A stretch of 25,480 bases of DNA from Selaginella moellendorffii (Eukaryota > Plantae > Lycopodiophyta): positions 1,611,893 to 1,637,372 of the forward strand of contig NW_003314263.1 of assembly GCF_000143415.4 (NCBI RefSeq), read 5' to 3'. Position 1 is the first letter of the stretch; each line of letters opens with the position of its first letter. Below, in pieces: positions 10,017 to 21,074 of the stretch. The position numbers and the translations under genes are program-made. Below the pieces are notes generated by a model. The model worked only from the letters and a program-made list of their open reading frames with translations, did not search any database and was not told the origin of the DNA.

Positions 10017-12450
10017 GGTGAACATCTTCTAGACTTAGCAAAGTAGAGTTTTTATTATGGAACCAAAACGATATCTTAAGGATAGATGTAGTGATTCTAT
10101 GTTGTTTAGTGCCACAATCAAAGGATAGGAGCAAAATACTAGTGGCAAAAAATGGGCCATAAAAATCATTGGAAGGAAGAGTTAAGTTAAAAACACTAAT
10201 GTGTTAAATGTTAATGGATGTGGGGAAAGAAAATATGTTTCTAAGGATGGATTCCCAAATGCTCCAATTTGGCAAAAGTAAAAGTTCCAAAGGAAGGAGT
10301 GGCAAGGTAACTAAATGATAAGGTCATGGACAACCCTAGCAAAAAATTATGGATAAGTGGAACTTAGTGCCAAGGGTGGCACAAAATAGATAAGAGCATG
10401 ATAGTGCCCTCAAGTAGAGAAGTTTTTAGTATGGTGAAGTGGAGTTTGCACAACATGTGCAATGCACAGAGACACCTAGGAAATTGATTTGAGAAATCAA
10501 AACTAAATTCCAAAATATGATGTTTATGTTAATAAAAGCTGAGACTACTTGGGAATAAGTAGTGGATTGGGATAGAGAAGATGTTTATAACAAGTTTAGC
10601 AAGAACTAAACTAATAAAGGGAAAAAACCACCACATGTGATCAAAATGAGTGTCTAAGTTGGAAAAACTATATTTCATAGAGGATGGGCAAGGCATGGTG
10701 AGCCTTTAGCGTTGAACCATTAATAAATATTGACTTGATTCCAGGTAATCCATGATGGGATTATTTTATAAAATGGTTTATCATTTGATGAAGATATTGA
10801 ACCTCATTTATGGGTGGTGGAGTTGTGAAACACAAATCCCTAATTCCCAAAGTAGAGCCAAAAATGTGCCACGTAGTAGTGGCCAAAGCAAAAGCCAAAC
10901 AAGCATAATACATTTGGACTAAAAGCTCTAACTTAGAAAGTCAAGAGCGGGAGTGGAACTCCCAACCAAATGCTTGAGGAACGAGCATGAAGTGAGCAAT
11001 AAATGAGTCGCTAGAAAAGGGATGAAGTGTTAAGATGGAGTCCGAGAAGGACCCAAGAAAGAGTTTCAGATGGAGTCCGAGATGGAGTGTAAGAAGGAGT
11101 CCAAGATGGACTCCAATAAGAGGTCCAAGATGGAGTCTGAGAGGGACTTGAGATGGAGTCTAAAAAGGAGTTCGAGATAGAGTTCGAAATGGAATCTAAG
11201 ATAAAGTTTAAGAAGGAGTCCAAAATGGTGTCCGAGATGGAGTCCAAAATGAACCAAGATAGAGTCCTATGTGAAGTTCAAGATGGAGTCCAAGATGGAG
11301 TCTGAGAAGGACCTAAGATGGAGTCCAAGATGAACTCAAGATGAACTTGAGATGGAGTCTGAGATGGACTTGAGATGGAGTTCAAGGTCAAGACTGAGAG
11401 TGAGAGCAAGAGTGAGACCAAGTCCGAGTCTGAGTCTGAGACTAAGACTGAGACCGAGAACAAGACCAAGACTGATTCTGAGTCTGAGTCTAAGTCCGAG
11501 TCTGAGGATGAAAGCCCAAAGCTTTTGTCTCCCAAACCCTGGGGGGTTTAGTGATCTTAAAAAATATAGTAGGGGGAGGACTCTAGTAAAGCCAATTTGG
11601 CCAGGAAAAGTTAGTGTGACCAAAGAAGGTTATACTTACATGTTAGGTAATGATATAACCATTAAGGAGTCCAAAGCTAGGGTGAATATAAACAAATAAG
11701 CGGGGTAGCTTGGTGAAGTGTTCAAAAGCCAACTCTAGTTCCCCAATGAGATTATATGGTTAATGCTCTCAATCCAAGTGTGGGTGGCACTACCTACTTG
11801 AATACCTAATGTGGCTCATCGAAACCTTGCTCTAGCCATATGGCTAGAGCACCTAAAGGCGGAAGGTGGGAAAGTACCCACGAGGTTTGCATAGAACTAC
11901 GGTATTTTGAAATGTCATCCCAAAGTCCTAAATTGCGGAAAGGAAGAAAAACAATCCTCTAGTATAATAACTAAGGATATGGTCATATGGTGAGGAAATC
12001 CCAAAGGATAGTAGAACTATGTGGTTAGGGCTTTGGGCCTTGACCCAATAGCGGTGTTGGCAAGCATAGTTGTGGATGAAGAGGGACTTGGTAGGGATAC
12101 AAAAGAGGACATTGGGGAAAGGTGTTCCCTATGTCTTCAGACATCCTAAGGGTGCTAAGGTGTGGTCAAGGGATGACCACTCATGGATAGATGGCTTAGC
12201 CTTTAAGAAACTAAATTGTGATGCAAATGGTCTTGGACTACTAATGTGACAACTGTGAATAGGCATGGCCTTAACGTAACGGGCTGATATATTAGTGGTA
12301 CCTTTGGGTGTCAATCATGAGATCAAACACATGGAGCAAATGCAAAAGTTAAATAGCATAGATGCCATTCACAGGGCTAGCATATCCCAAGATAGGAATA
12401 AAACTTATGAAGTGGTCAAAAATAGGGTTAAATGACTACACCCAAGACCT
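10017..12450 (-). mobile_element. Highly decayed LINE-like (endonuclease/RT) remnant
   Basis: Minus-strand vestiges are SIFINGS (~10716-10737) followed by a CPS-like remnant of the GxRQGCPLSP motif, an LDF..AF-like stretch (~10920-10946), and SLDH (~12160-12175). All are weak and frameshifted. Confidence 0.35.
11030..11506. repeat. Degenerate tandem repeat: 12-bp units (AGATGGAGTCCA/G) grading into 6-bp units (GAGTCT/GAGACT)
   Basis: GATGGAGTC recurs at about 12-bp spacing over 11030-11385, then hexamer repeats run to 11506. This explains the low-complexity ORFs here. Confidence 0.85.
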
Positions 12451-12479
12451 TTAACCGATTGAAAAAAAGGGTGTATTTT

Positions 12480-12960
12480 TGTTTATAGACCCTTTCCTTA
12501 TATATTTGAACCCCTATGAATCATTTATCAAGTCGTTCCCTTTACTTGCTTACAATCTACTATACTTCCTTGCAAATTTATGCTCTCGTGATCAAAAATT
12601 AAGAGCCACAACTCTCTCAAAAGCCCTGTTCTCTTGATACTCTACCCCTCAGGTTGAGCTCAACATGAGTAAATTGGACCTACCAAATATCAATCTCAAT
12701 ATGTGGTGTGATTCCTTTAGCTAAGTAATAGAGTCAAAGGCTTTTTTGATATCACTATACTCATTTCATAATCTATATTGTTTATTCTTATTCCACTCCA
12801 ATATCCTCTTGTCCTCACTCTTGGACGCAATTAAAAAGAACAATTTAAAAGATGATAGGTAGGGATTTAAATATACAGGGAAAAGGCTAATAAATAAAAG
12901 TTTTCAATCAGCTGAAAATATTGAGATATTTGAGGTTAAGTGTCCTTGGGTTTGAAAAAT
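12480..12960 (-). mobile_element. Non-LTR retrotransposon RT fragment
   Basis: Minus strand 12807-12727 reads RILEWNKNKQYRL*NEYSDIKKAFDSI, matching the LINE RT D..KAFD motif. A PI.LLN-like vestige lies just upstream (~12840-12860). Confidence 0.5.
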
Positions 12961-14306
12961 ACTAAATTGAATAACATCTAAATTATTAGTCTAAATCTAT
13001 CATCAGGGCTGAATTCTCATTTTTACCCTTCCTTCCACCCCTCCTTAGAAGAAAAAAAAAGTTTGAAATGTTGCATAAAAAGGAGAAAATGAAAAAAATT
13101 GATAAAGAAACATTGTGAAAGAAGAAAAATGGATAAAGAACTATATAAAAAGGAATTTTTAGTATCTGGCAAGAAAGAAATAGGGACATAAAATAAAATA
13201 AAAAATGTTTAAAGCTTATAAAGCATATTCACACCACTCAACTTTTTCAACACACAACTCAGCCCTTGAGACGCGAAAATCAATAAAGACATCCACACTT
13301 TTAAGGGAACAAATAAACTCCTTTGGAATAATAAAAGAATCTTTAATATTAGAATTGATTAAAGATTCTACCAACAAAATAAAAGAAAAATTCTTAGCTT
13401 CACATATACATTTAATATCTATATTAGTTATAAAGAAGATAGAAATCACTTAACTCAACACTCAACTAAAAATAAGAATTATAAAAATCACAAAAGATCA
13501 CCAAATGAAAGACATATTGTAAATGAGGAAGAAACACTAAGAACATGAGAAAGTGGCTCAACCCAAGAAATAATAGAAGGTTGGGAAAAAAACAAAAGTT
13601 AAAAAGAAAGAATTAAATGGCAAATTGAAGGATTAACAACCCCACAAAATCTCTAACTCATCTCCAAAACTATCTTCATAATAATCAAACTCTTCATCAC
13701 AATCTAAAATCCATTTAAGTTTGTAAACATTATTTTCCCATAAATTTATTCCTCTAACATTCTCTAAAATCCAAATTGTATAATCTATAGCTTTTTAATT
13801 TATGACATAATCACACTTCACATCAACAAGTGGTAGAATACCAAGCATAGGAAATGATGTGTAGTCCCATCTTGTAGAAGTTGAAAATAACAACACTCTA
13901 AGGATAGATATAACATCAATTTGATCACACCCTATAACACCAAAAACTTGATTCAACAAAGTAGTATTAGTAGTCTCAAGTGATATACTCCTTGATTGAT
14001 GATAATATGATATAACAGAAAAAAAATGCAATGAAGATCAAAAGAAGATAACTATAATCCTAAATTTCACAAAAAGCTATAACAAATCTAGAGAAGAAAG
14101 CAAAAACAATAAAACAAAGCAAAAGTATAATCCTAAACACTAAAATAAAGCATTGTAAAATGTTTCACCCTTAATGTAAACTTTTCATCTTCACTAATGT
14201 GAATGCTTGGGATATAGGAATAAGTATATTAATTAGGGGTTTAGACTTTTATTTATATACAAGAATTTTAGTTCCAAATGGATGGTCCATATACTATAAT
14301 AATAGG

Positions 14307-14340
14307 GTGTGTGTGTGTCTCTCTCTCTCTCTCTCTCTCT
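14307..14340. repeat. Compound microsatellite (GT)n(CT)n
   Basis: Directly visible. Confidence 0.9.
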
Positions 14341-15339
14341 AGATAAATAAATAGAGAGAGCACTTACAAGTATAATTTATTTATTATAAATTATTTATTT
14401 TTAGAAATTTAAACTCTTTTATAACGGTTTAATATACAATTAAAAGAACATTTAATATGCCTAAATTTTTATTTCATTTAATCTCTATAAAATTACTAAA
14501 ATATTATTATTATTTAGATGTATATGAACCAGTTCTAGACATAGAATCATGGGTTTTCTTTTAGATATTATTAATTATTGTTCAGGATTTCCACTTTCTA
14601 AAGTAGTGTTTTTGAATACATTTTTGTGCATTGCTGCAATAACACTTGGTTTTCTTAATAGTAGTTTTATTCTTATTCATTAATTAAATTAATCAAATGG
14701 AAGGTTATAAATATAAACATGTTTATAATTTTTAAACACAAGATTAATCTGATTGAATATCAACCATTAGATGGTAGAATAAACTAGAATATACAAGGAA
14801 GTGTTTAGGAAAGTTTATAAATTATAAATACAAAATTAATCTAAATGAATAACAATGTTAAATAGTAGAATATCCTAAAATATTCAGGCATATTCTAGGT
14901 ATATCCACTACCACCCCCCTTAATCAAACCAAAAATGGTAAATCCTTAAAATGACAATATCATTTTCAAATGCACAACCAAATACATATTTCCCTTATTT
15001 TAGTATAAACTATAAAGACTTTGATTTAAAATTAGAAATTTACAGATTGGGATGATTTTATAAAATTTGGATCTGAAGAATATATCAATGGACAGTTTAG
15101 CATATCAGATTCAGATTATATTTTTCCAGATAAAGTAAAGCTTACTTAGCCACATAGAAACAATTGCAATATTTATATCACACAAATAGCAAAAGCAATG
15201 GATGCTTTCTAAGGTTGCAAAAAGATGGAAACATGGTAATCTATGATGAAAATTTATTGATGTGGACTTAGTAGTATACAACACTGTAGAGCAAACTTGT
15301 ATATGGCAATCAGCAAGATGAGAATTTAAACTCTAGCAT

Positions 15340-16460
15340 TCACTCTACACAAATGTGAGACGTTTTACAAGCTCCAAGCAGCATCACGTAGGCAATGGAG
15401 CCCGGCTCAATTGGCATGCTATCGATCACGTCTTGGGCCTCATCAAGCCGGCCAGTTCGCCCAACCAAATCGATCACACAAATGAATTGCTCCAAGGTTG
15501 GAGCTATGTGATGATCAAGCACAAGTGACTGGAAACTGCTTACCGATCTCAATGAGCCCGGCATGGCTACACGCAGAGAAGACGTGACTTCGTCCGGATC
15601 AAACCCCTTGAGCTTCATCCTCCAGAAGAGATCAAAAATCTCCTCAAAATGACCGTTGTTCGCATATGCCGAGATGATTCCATTCCATGAAACCACGTCC
15701 TGTTGTTGCCTCAAGCACCACTTTTGCCCCTCAGAGGTATCCATACCTCCCATAAAAGTTCACAACCGCATTGTTTGTCATCATGTCGGATCAACCTGGA
15801 GTGCTGGAGCTCACCATGCACAAGCTTTCCCTTTTTGGAGAGTGGTGATCCCCCCAAGGGCGTCAAGAACAGCCAAGAAACTCACCTTGTCCGTCTGGAT
15901 GCCTTCCAGATCCATGCTGTGAAAGAGTCGAGCAGCACTCTTGCATTGCCCGGCTTGGGCGAAGATACAAATCATGGTGTTCCACGAAACCGTGCTTGGC
16001 TCCTCCATTTTCTCAAAGATTTCCTTTGCTTTGTTGATATGACCGGCTTGGCATAGCCGTGTTGTGCGAGAAGCTGTCAGCAGGCATCCTCTTCGTGAGG
16101 ATCTCCAAAGCCTCGTTCACTCTCCCGTGCTGGATATAACCGCCGCGAGTGTGTTAAACAGAACCACGCTGGTTTCCTCGAGCAAGCTCGCGGCCTTGGC
16201 GAGATGCCCGTTTTGGGCATACGATCTTAGCAAAGAGTTCCACGAGACAATGGATGGATGCTCGATGCGAGCAAACACTACCTTGGATTTTGCATTTTCT
16301 ATAACTCACCACCACCGAAGTTGCCATGGCGAGGATCCAGCCAGTGTGATCCGCCGCTGCATGAACTTGGCAGCAGCGGGAGAGGCTCGAGAGGCCCGAG
16401 CACGCATCGAGAGCTGCGAGGAACGTGGTGTTGTGTCGATCTGGCGTTACAGATGACTTG
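15340..16460 (-). pseudogene. PLS-class PPR pseudogene (frameshifted, internally deleted)
   Basis: PPR motifs are split across frames: VFARIEHPSIVSWNSLLRSYAQNGH, EEPSTVSWNTMICIFAQAG, DVVSWNGIISAYANNGH. The C-terminus reads PTLEQFICVIDLVGRTGRLDEAQDVIDSMPIEP..YVMLLGAC, the S2/E junction. Confidence 0.85.
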
Positions 16461-16937
16461 CCACAGTCAATGCTATTAAAAATCCCATCAACAAAGTAAG
16501 GTATGCCTTTTCTTTCTTTTTCTCTCCTTTTGTTTTGTCATTCTTGGCTGAATAGATTCATGTCCGACCTCCTCAAGTTTTTGCTTAACAGGAAAATGAG
16601 ACGATGCAAGGAGGAAGATTTTCAACTCTTCTTAGCCAACATTGCTTTACACTTTATAACGACTAATTTTATTGATGAACCATGACAAGATCAGGTCAGT
16701 CAGTACATTAATCTCTGCGAGGAAATAAATGTAAGCTTACTCGGAACAGCTCGAGCCTGTTCTTGAGCCACTTCAGCGTCATGTAGACGAGCTGTTCGGA
16801 ATGATCATAGATACTCGTATGCCACTCGACTGTCGCTGTTAAATCTTCACAACAGTACGAGGAACTATTCTAGTTTGTCTTCCTCATGGGTCTAACATAG
16901 TGAGCTCTTTTTCATTTTTTATAAAAATGTTGGGCAC

Positions 16938-19226
16938 ATGGATCGCCATTTCCTGCTTGAGAGTATCCGTTCTTGCAAGAGCTCGGCATCACTTAGACTG
17001 ATCCAATCCTCTCTATCAATCTACTTCCAGAGGGATTCGTTCCTCTCGAACCAGCTCATCCAGAGCTTCGGGAGACTTGGGTGCTGCAAAGATGCCCGAT
17101 CCGTGTTTGACGCCATGGAGTGGCGGGATTGTTTTTCATGGGACTTCATGCTCGCCGCCTACATTCGCAGTGGGGATTTGGAGGAATCAAAGCGATTCTT
17201 TCACTCCATCCCCGGTCCAAGCCTCGTGTCGTGGACAGCGATCATCACCGCTACTGCCCAAGGAGAAAACTTGCGACGCGCGAGGGATTTCTTCGATGCT
17301 ATGCCGAAACGAGACGTGATCTCCTGCACGGCGATGATCAAGGCGTGCTCCAACGGCGGAGACCTCGATCAAGCGCTAGAAGTTTTCGATTCTATCCTTT
17401 ACAAAGATCTGGTGGCGTCAAACGCAATGCTAGGCGCGGTTGCCCGTTTGGGGCATTTTGAAGAGACTATCTCATTCTTTCAGTCTTTGCCTTCACACGA
17501 CCTCTATTCTTACAACATAGTGTTGGCAAAGGCTGAGAACGTAAAAGAGTCCAAATATTTGTTTGACAAACAGCCCGAAAAAGATCTTGTGACGTGGAAC
17601 TCCATGATTGCGGCATATACCAAAGCCGGGGATCTTGGTAGCGCAAAGTCAACATTTGACAATGCTCCCTTGTGGAATCTAGTCACTTGGAATTCCATGT
17701 TGGCAGGGTATATGCAAGATTGCCAAGTCGATGTGGCAAAGATAATCACTTATGAGATGCCAGAGTGGGATCTTTTCACTTGGAATGCCACACTAGCGGG
17801 ATACTTCCAAAATGGGAATCTTTCTGATGCGGCAATGTTGTTCCACCAAATGCCCAAGAAAGACATTGTGACATGGAACTCCATGGTGTGTGGATATTCC
17901 CAGAGCGGGCATTTGCAAGATGCCGAGAAGATACTCCTTACCATGCCTGAGCATGCAGTGGTGACGTGGTCGGCAATGCTGGATGCATATGCACGAAATG
18001 GCCACGTGGACCGTGCCAGGCAAATATTTGAGAGATTTCGTACAACTCCGTACAGCCTAGCATTTGAGAATGGTATGCTAGTAGCATATGCCCAAACTGG
18101 GCATTACTTAGAAGCAAAGATTCTTTTTGATAGCATGGCACAGAAAAACATGGTAACCTGGAATGCCATGCTAGATGCGTGTTCCTTGGAAGGAAAGTAT
18201 GATCACGTAGAAAAAATGTGGGATTCTATGCCGTATTGCGATCTAATATCATGGAATATACGTCTTTCTACGTATGCCCAGCAAGGGGATCTGGAGAAGT
18301 CAAAGATGTCTTTTGATTCCATGCCTGTCAAGGACATTGTTTCTTACACTTCAATGATCACAGCTTACACCCGAAACCTAGAGCTTGAGAAAGCATGGGC
18401 GCTCTTTGAATCCCTTCCCTACCACAATCTAGTTTGCTGGAATGCCATTCTTTCAGCCCATGTACATGGACGAGACATTGTGCGGCTGCAATTGTTGTTT
18501 GATCAAGCTCCTCAAAAAGATTTAGTTTCATGGAATCAACTTCTGGTAGCATATTCCAGATTGGGGGATCTAGAACAAGCAAATGCCATCTTTGAAAAAA
18601 TGCCGGAGCGTGACACTATGTCTTGGACTGTTTTAAGTACAGCGTTTGGTGTGAGCGGGTACCTAGAGCACTCCAAACTCTTGTTTTATTTCATGCCGGA
18701 ACGTAGTATAATATCGTACAATTCGATGCTATCGTCGTATTCGAGATTGGGCCACATTGAATTCGCGAAATCCTTGTTTCTTGCAATGCCAGAATGGAAC
18801 CTGGTTTCTTGGAGCGCACTACTTGCAGCATATACCCAAACTGGGCATCATGCGGATGCGTCGAGATTATTCTTGGAGCTCTCGCTGTTCGAGATTCCAG
18901 ACTCTATGTGTTTTGTACTAGCCCTGGTGTCAGCGAGCCGCGTTGGTACCGTCACGAATGGACGATGGAGATTCGTTTCGATGCGTGCTGACTTTGGAGT
19001 GACTCCGACCAAGCAGCACTACTGCTGCATTGTGGACGCCTTGAGCCGGGCGGGATACTTGAAAGATGCCGAAGATGTTCTCAAGGAGATGCCGTTTGAG
19101 GCCGAGAATCTGGACTGGAAGTGCTTGCTTTGGAGTCGCACGAATCACAAGTACAAGCCAATGACCCCTGTTGTAAGCCTAGACTCCATGGATGGGGCTG
19201 CATACATGCTAGCCTCAAGGTTGTAA
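16938..19226 (+). CDS. Intronless PLS-subfamily pentatricopeptide repeat protein (about 20 mostly short S/SS-type repeats, truncated E region, no DYW), putative organellar RNA-editing specificity factor
   Basis: 762-aa ORF with ~31-aa tandem repeats (e.g. DLVTWNSMIAAYTKAGDLGSAKSTFDNAP). The C-terminus reads PTKQHYCCIVDALSRAGYLKDAEDVLKEMPFE...W..LL...GAAYML. Confidence 0.95.
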   Translation: MDRHFLLESIRSCKSSASLRLIQSSLSIYFQRDSFLSNQLIQSFGRLGCCKDARSVFDAMEWRDCFSWDFMLAAYIRSGDLEESKRFFHSIPGPSLVSWTAIITATAQGENLRRARDFFDAMPKRDVISCTAMIKACSNGGDLDQALEVFDSILYKDLVASNAMLGAVARLGHFEETISFFQSLPSHDLYSYNIVLAKAENVKESKYLFDKQPEKDLVTWNSMIAAYTKAGDLGSAKSTFDNAPLWNLVTWNSMLAGYMQDCQVDVAKIITYEMPEWDLFTWNATLAGYFQNGNLSDAAMLFHQMPKKDIVTWNSMVCGYSQSGHLQDAEKILLTMPEHAVVTWSAMLDAYARNGHVDRARQIFERFRTTPYSLAFENGMLVAYAQTGHYLEAKILFDSMAQKNMVTWNAMLDACSLEGKYDHVEKMWDSMPYCDLISWNIRLSTYAQQGDLEKSKMSFDSMPVKDIVSYTSMITAYTRNLELEKAWALFESLPYHNLVCWNAILSAHVHGRDIVRLQLLFDQAPQKDLVSWNQLLVAYSRLGDLEQANAIFEKMPERDTMSWTVLSTAFGVSGYLEHSKLLFYFMPERSIISYNSMLSSYSRLGHIEFAKSLFLAMPEWNLVSWSALLAAYTQTGHHADASRLFLELSLFEIPDSMCFVLALVSASRVGTVTNGRWRFVSMRADFGVTPTKQHYCCIVDALSRAGYLKDAEDVLKEMPFEAENLDWKCLLWSRTNHKYKPMTPVVSLDSMDGAAYMLASRL

Positions 19227-19691
19227 CTATGCACTGCAGCATCGCTTCTGGAATGTTACAAATGATGGAAGGAATCGATGTGCACCGAAACTGAAAGCAT
19301 AGCAATGTAGCTTTTTGTTGATTCGTGCTTGCTGGCTGTTTTTCAAGAAACTCCCTGTCTAAATATCAGTCAGCGTTGAGCTATCTTTAATGCTTGGGAA
19401 AAATTTCTTTGGCTTGCTGACGAACCAGAGTTTACAAACTAAAGAACGAAAATTATAATAATTACAATAATAATAATAATGTATTTGAAAATCTGAGTTC
19501 TATAAACAGAAGATCGCTTGCGCAGGAAGCACGGTAAGTCTTTTGGTTTGTGCTCGTTTCGCGACCTTACGTTCCAGATTGGCACCGGTAGCTAAAGTAG
19601 CTTCGGTTCATGGGCAACTGGTTAGACTTTAAAAGGAATTTGCACAAATTTTTTAGCTTGCACGAGCTCTGAACAGTGAGGAATTGCACGA

Positions 19692-19693
<2 letters not shown>

Positions 19694-19724
<31 letters not shown>

Positions 19725-19731
19725 TGTGTGT
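19694..19731. repeat. Compound microsatellite (GA)n(GT)n
   Basis: Directly visible. Confidence 0.9.
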
Positions 19732-19744
19732 AATAGCAGTCGGA

Positions 19745-20012
19745 AACTGTCGCAAATGGACGATTGAGATTCGTTTTGATGTTTGACGACTTTGGAGTGA
19801 TTCCGACCAAGCAGCACTACATTGTGGACGCCTTGAGCCACGCGAAATACTTGAATCAAGTCTTTCAATCGAAGATGTTCTCACTGAAATGCCATTTGAC
19901 TGGAAGTGCTTGCTTTTACGTCACAAGTACAAGCCAGACTGTAAGCTTTCACTTCAGCATCGCTTGGTCCCTATAATCCTACAACAGATGGAAGAAATCC
20001 GTACGTATCGAA
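19745..20012 (+). pseudogene. Partial tandem duplicate of the 3' end and 3' flank of the upstream PPR gene
   Basis: AATGGACGATTGAGATTCGTTTTGATG...GACTTTGGAGTGATTCCGACCAAGCAGCACTAC-ATTGTGGACGCCTTGAGCC matches ~18957-19050. GACTGGAAGTGCTTGCTTT, TCACAAGTACAAGCCA, CAGCATCGCTT and GATGGAAG match later positions, including sequence beyond the stop, with several deletions. Confidence 0.9.
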
Positions 20013-20182
20013 GTTCAAACAATGAAGGTATGTCATGAGCTTAAAATTGGTTGATCTTGTGCTTAGTGTTCCTCCCCCAAATCCTGGAAGAAGTATTCTC
20101 CGTAAACATATTGAAAAAGAATATTACACAAACTTACCAGAAGATGAAAAAACTGAAGAGATAAAGAACAAAGTGCAGGATG

Positions 20183-21054
20183 TCAAATATCTGAAAGGTC
20201 TTGAGCTTTCCCAGTGGATTCTTCGAGCTTCTTTTGAGCCTGGGAGAAGAATCCAAATCATAAAATCGCTAGTCAGCCTCAAGTTAAACTTTACCAGATA
20301 AAGTCGATAAAGCCGTGCTTGCTTCAAGAGCGTGCCTTCAGCAAGCTCCCTATCCCTTTCATCTGGCAGGAACATAATCAGTCCACCGTGCTTCCAGTGA
20401 TTACCACGGTCAGTCTTTGGCACGCAAACGCAGGAACCCGTCCAATCCTCCTCGGATGCTAAGCCAATTCGTTCCATCACAAAACGCTTAGCTTCCGGGG
20501 GAGTTGTTATTGGGCTCCATGCGTCTTTGATCCACTTGTTGATGTAAGTCCGAGTGGAGAATTCGCAAAAACCAGCCGCAAACTTGATCCTCTCCTGGAA
20601 TAAACATTTAGTCTATGTGAGGGGATGAACAAACGTAAAACACACCTGAGAAGGATCATCCTCCAGCTCGATCTGTACTGCCTTTGGATCTTTGGATTCC
20701 ATTTGCATTTCAAGAATTCTCACTTTCTCCAAGAGTCGAAGCTTGCTCCAGAGCTTTGCATCTTCCAGGTTCTCCTGTCCATGCTTTGGAAAGAACAAAA
20801 CCGTGCAACCTAAAGCACAAACTCAAGAGGTCCCGATAGGAGAAAAAGTTCATACCTCCGATCTTGCACCATTCCGACGCAGACGAACTCTCATGTGGTG
20901 TGGGGAAGAAAGAGAAATCTCCAGTGTCACTGTGAATCTCAGCTTGGATTCTCGCCCTGGCCAGTGGAATCAAGGCCTCAACGAAGGCTCCTTTTGGAAC
21001 ACGTCCCGAGATTGATATTAGCACCTCACAGTAAGCCACCGTCACATCCGCCAT
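20183..21054 (-). CDS. Four-exon protein of unknown function (239 aa)
   Basis: Exons 21054-20856, 20809-20646, 20594-20295 and 20239-20183 are joined by GT-AG introns of 46, 51 and 55 nt. This gives one uninterrupted 720-nt frame (MADVTVAYCEVLIS...KAQDLSDI*), with a telo-box just upstream. Confidence 0.8.
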
Positions 21055-21066
21055 CGTCAAAGCCCT

Positions 21067-21074
21067 AGGGTTTA
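21067..21074 (-). promoter_or_regulatory. Telo-box (AAACCCTA) just upstream of the unknown gene's ATG
   Basis: TAGGGTTT on + at 21067-21074. A similar CCCTAAACCCT lies at 21544-21554, just before the SBE ATG. Confidence 0.5.

Noticed and set aside
11030-11506. Possible CRISPR-like array
   Set aside because: The units are contiguous with no unique spacers, the context is eukaryotic, and there are no cas genes.
11011-11699. Ser/Asp-rich and Arg/Ser-rich ORFs resembling SR or SD-repeat proteins
   Set aside because: They are by-products of the 12/6-bp tandem repeat, with no gene structure.
14286-14400. Helitron-like 5' end (TCCATATACTATAAT) and short hairpins near the microsatellite
   Set aside because: No matching 3' hairpin plus CTRR end was found. 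The hairpins are explicable by CT/AG and AT low complexity.
17077-19305. Alternative-frame and antisense ORFs over the PPR gene
   Set aside because: These are shadow ORFs of a long coding region.
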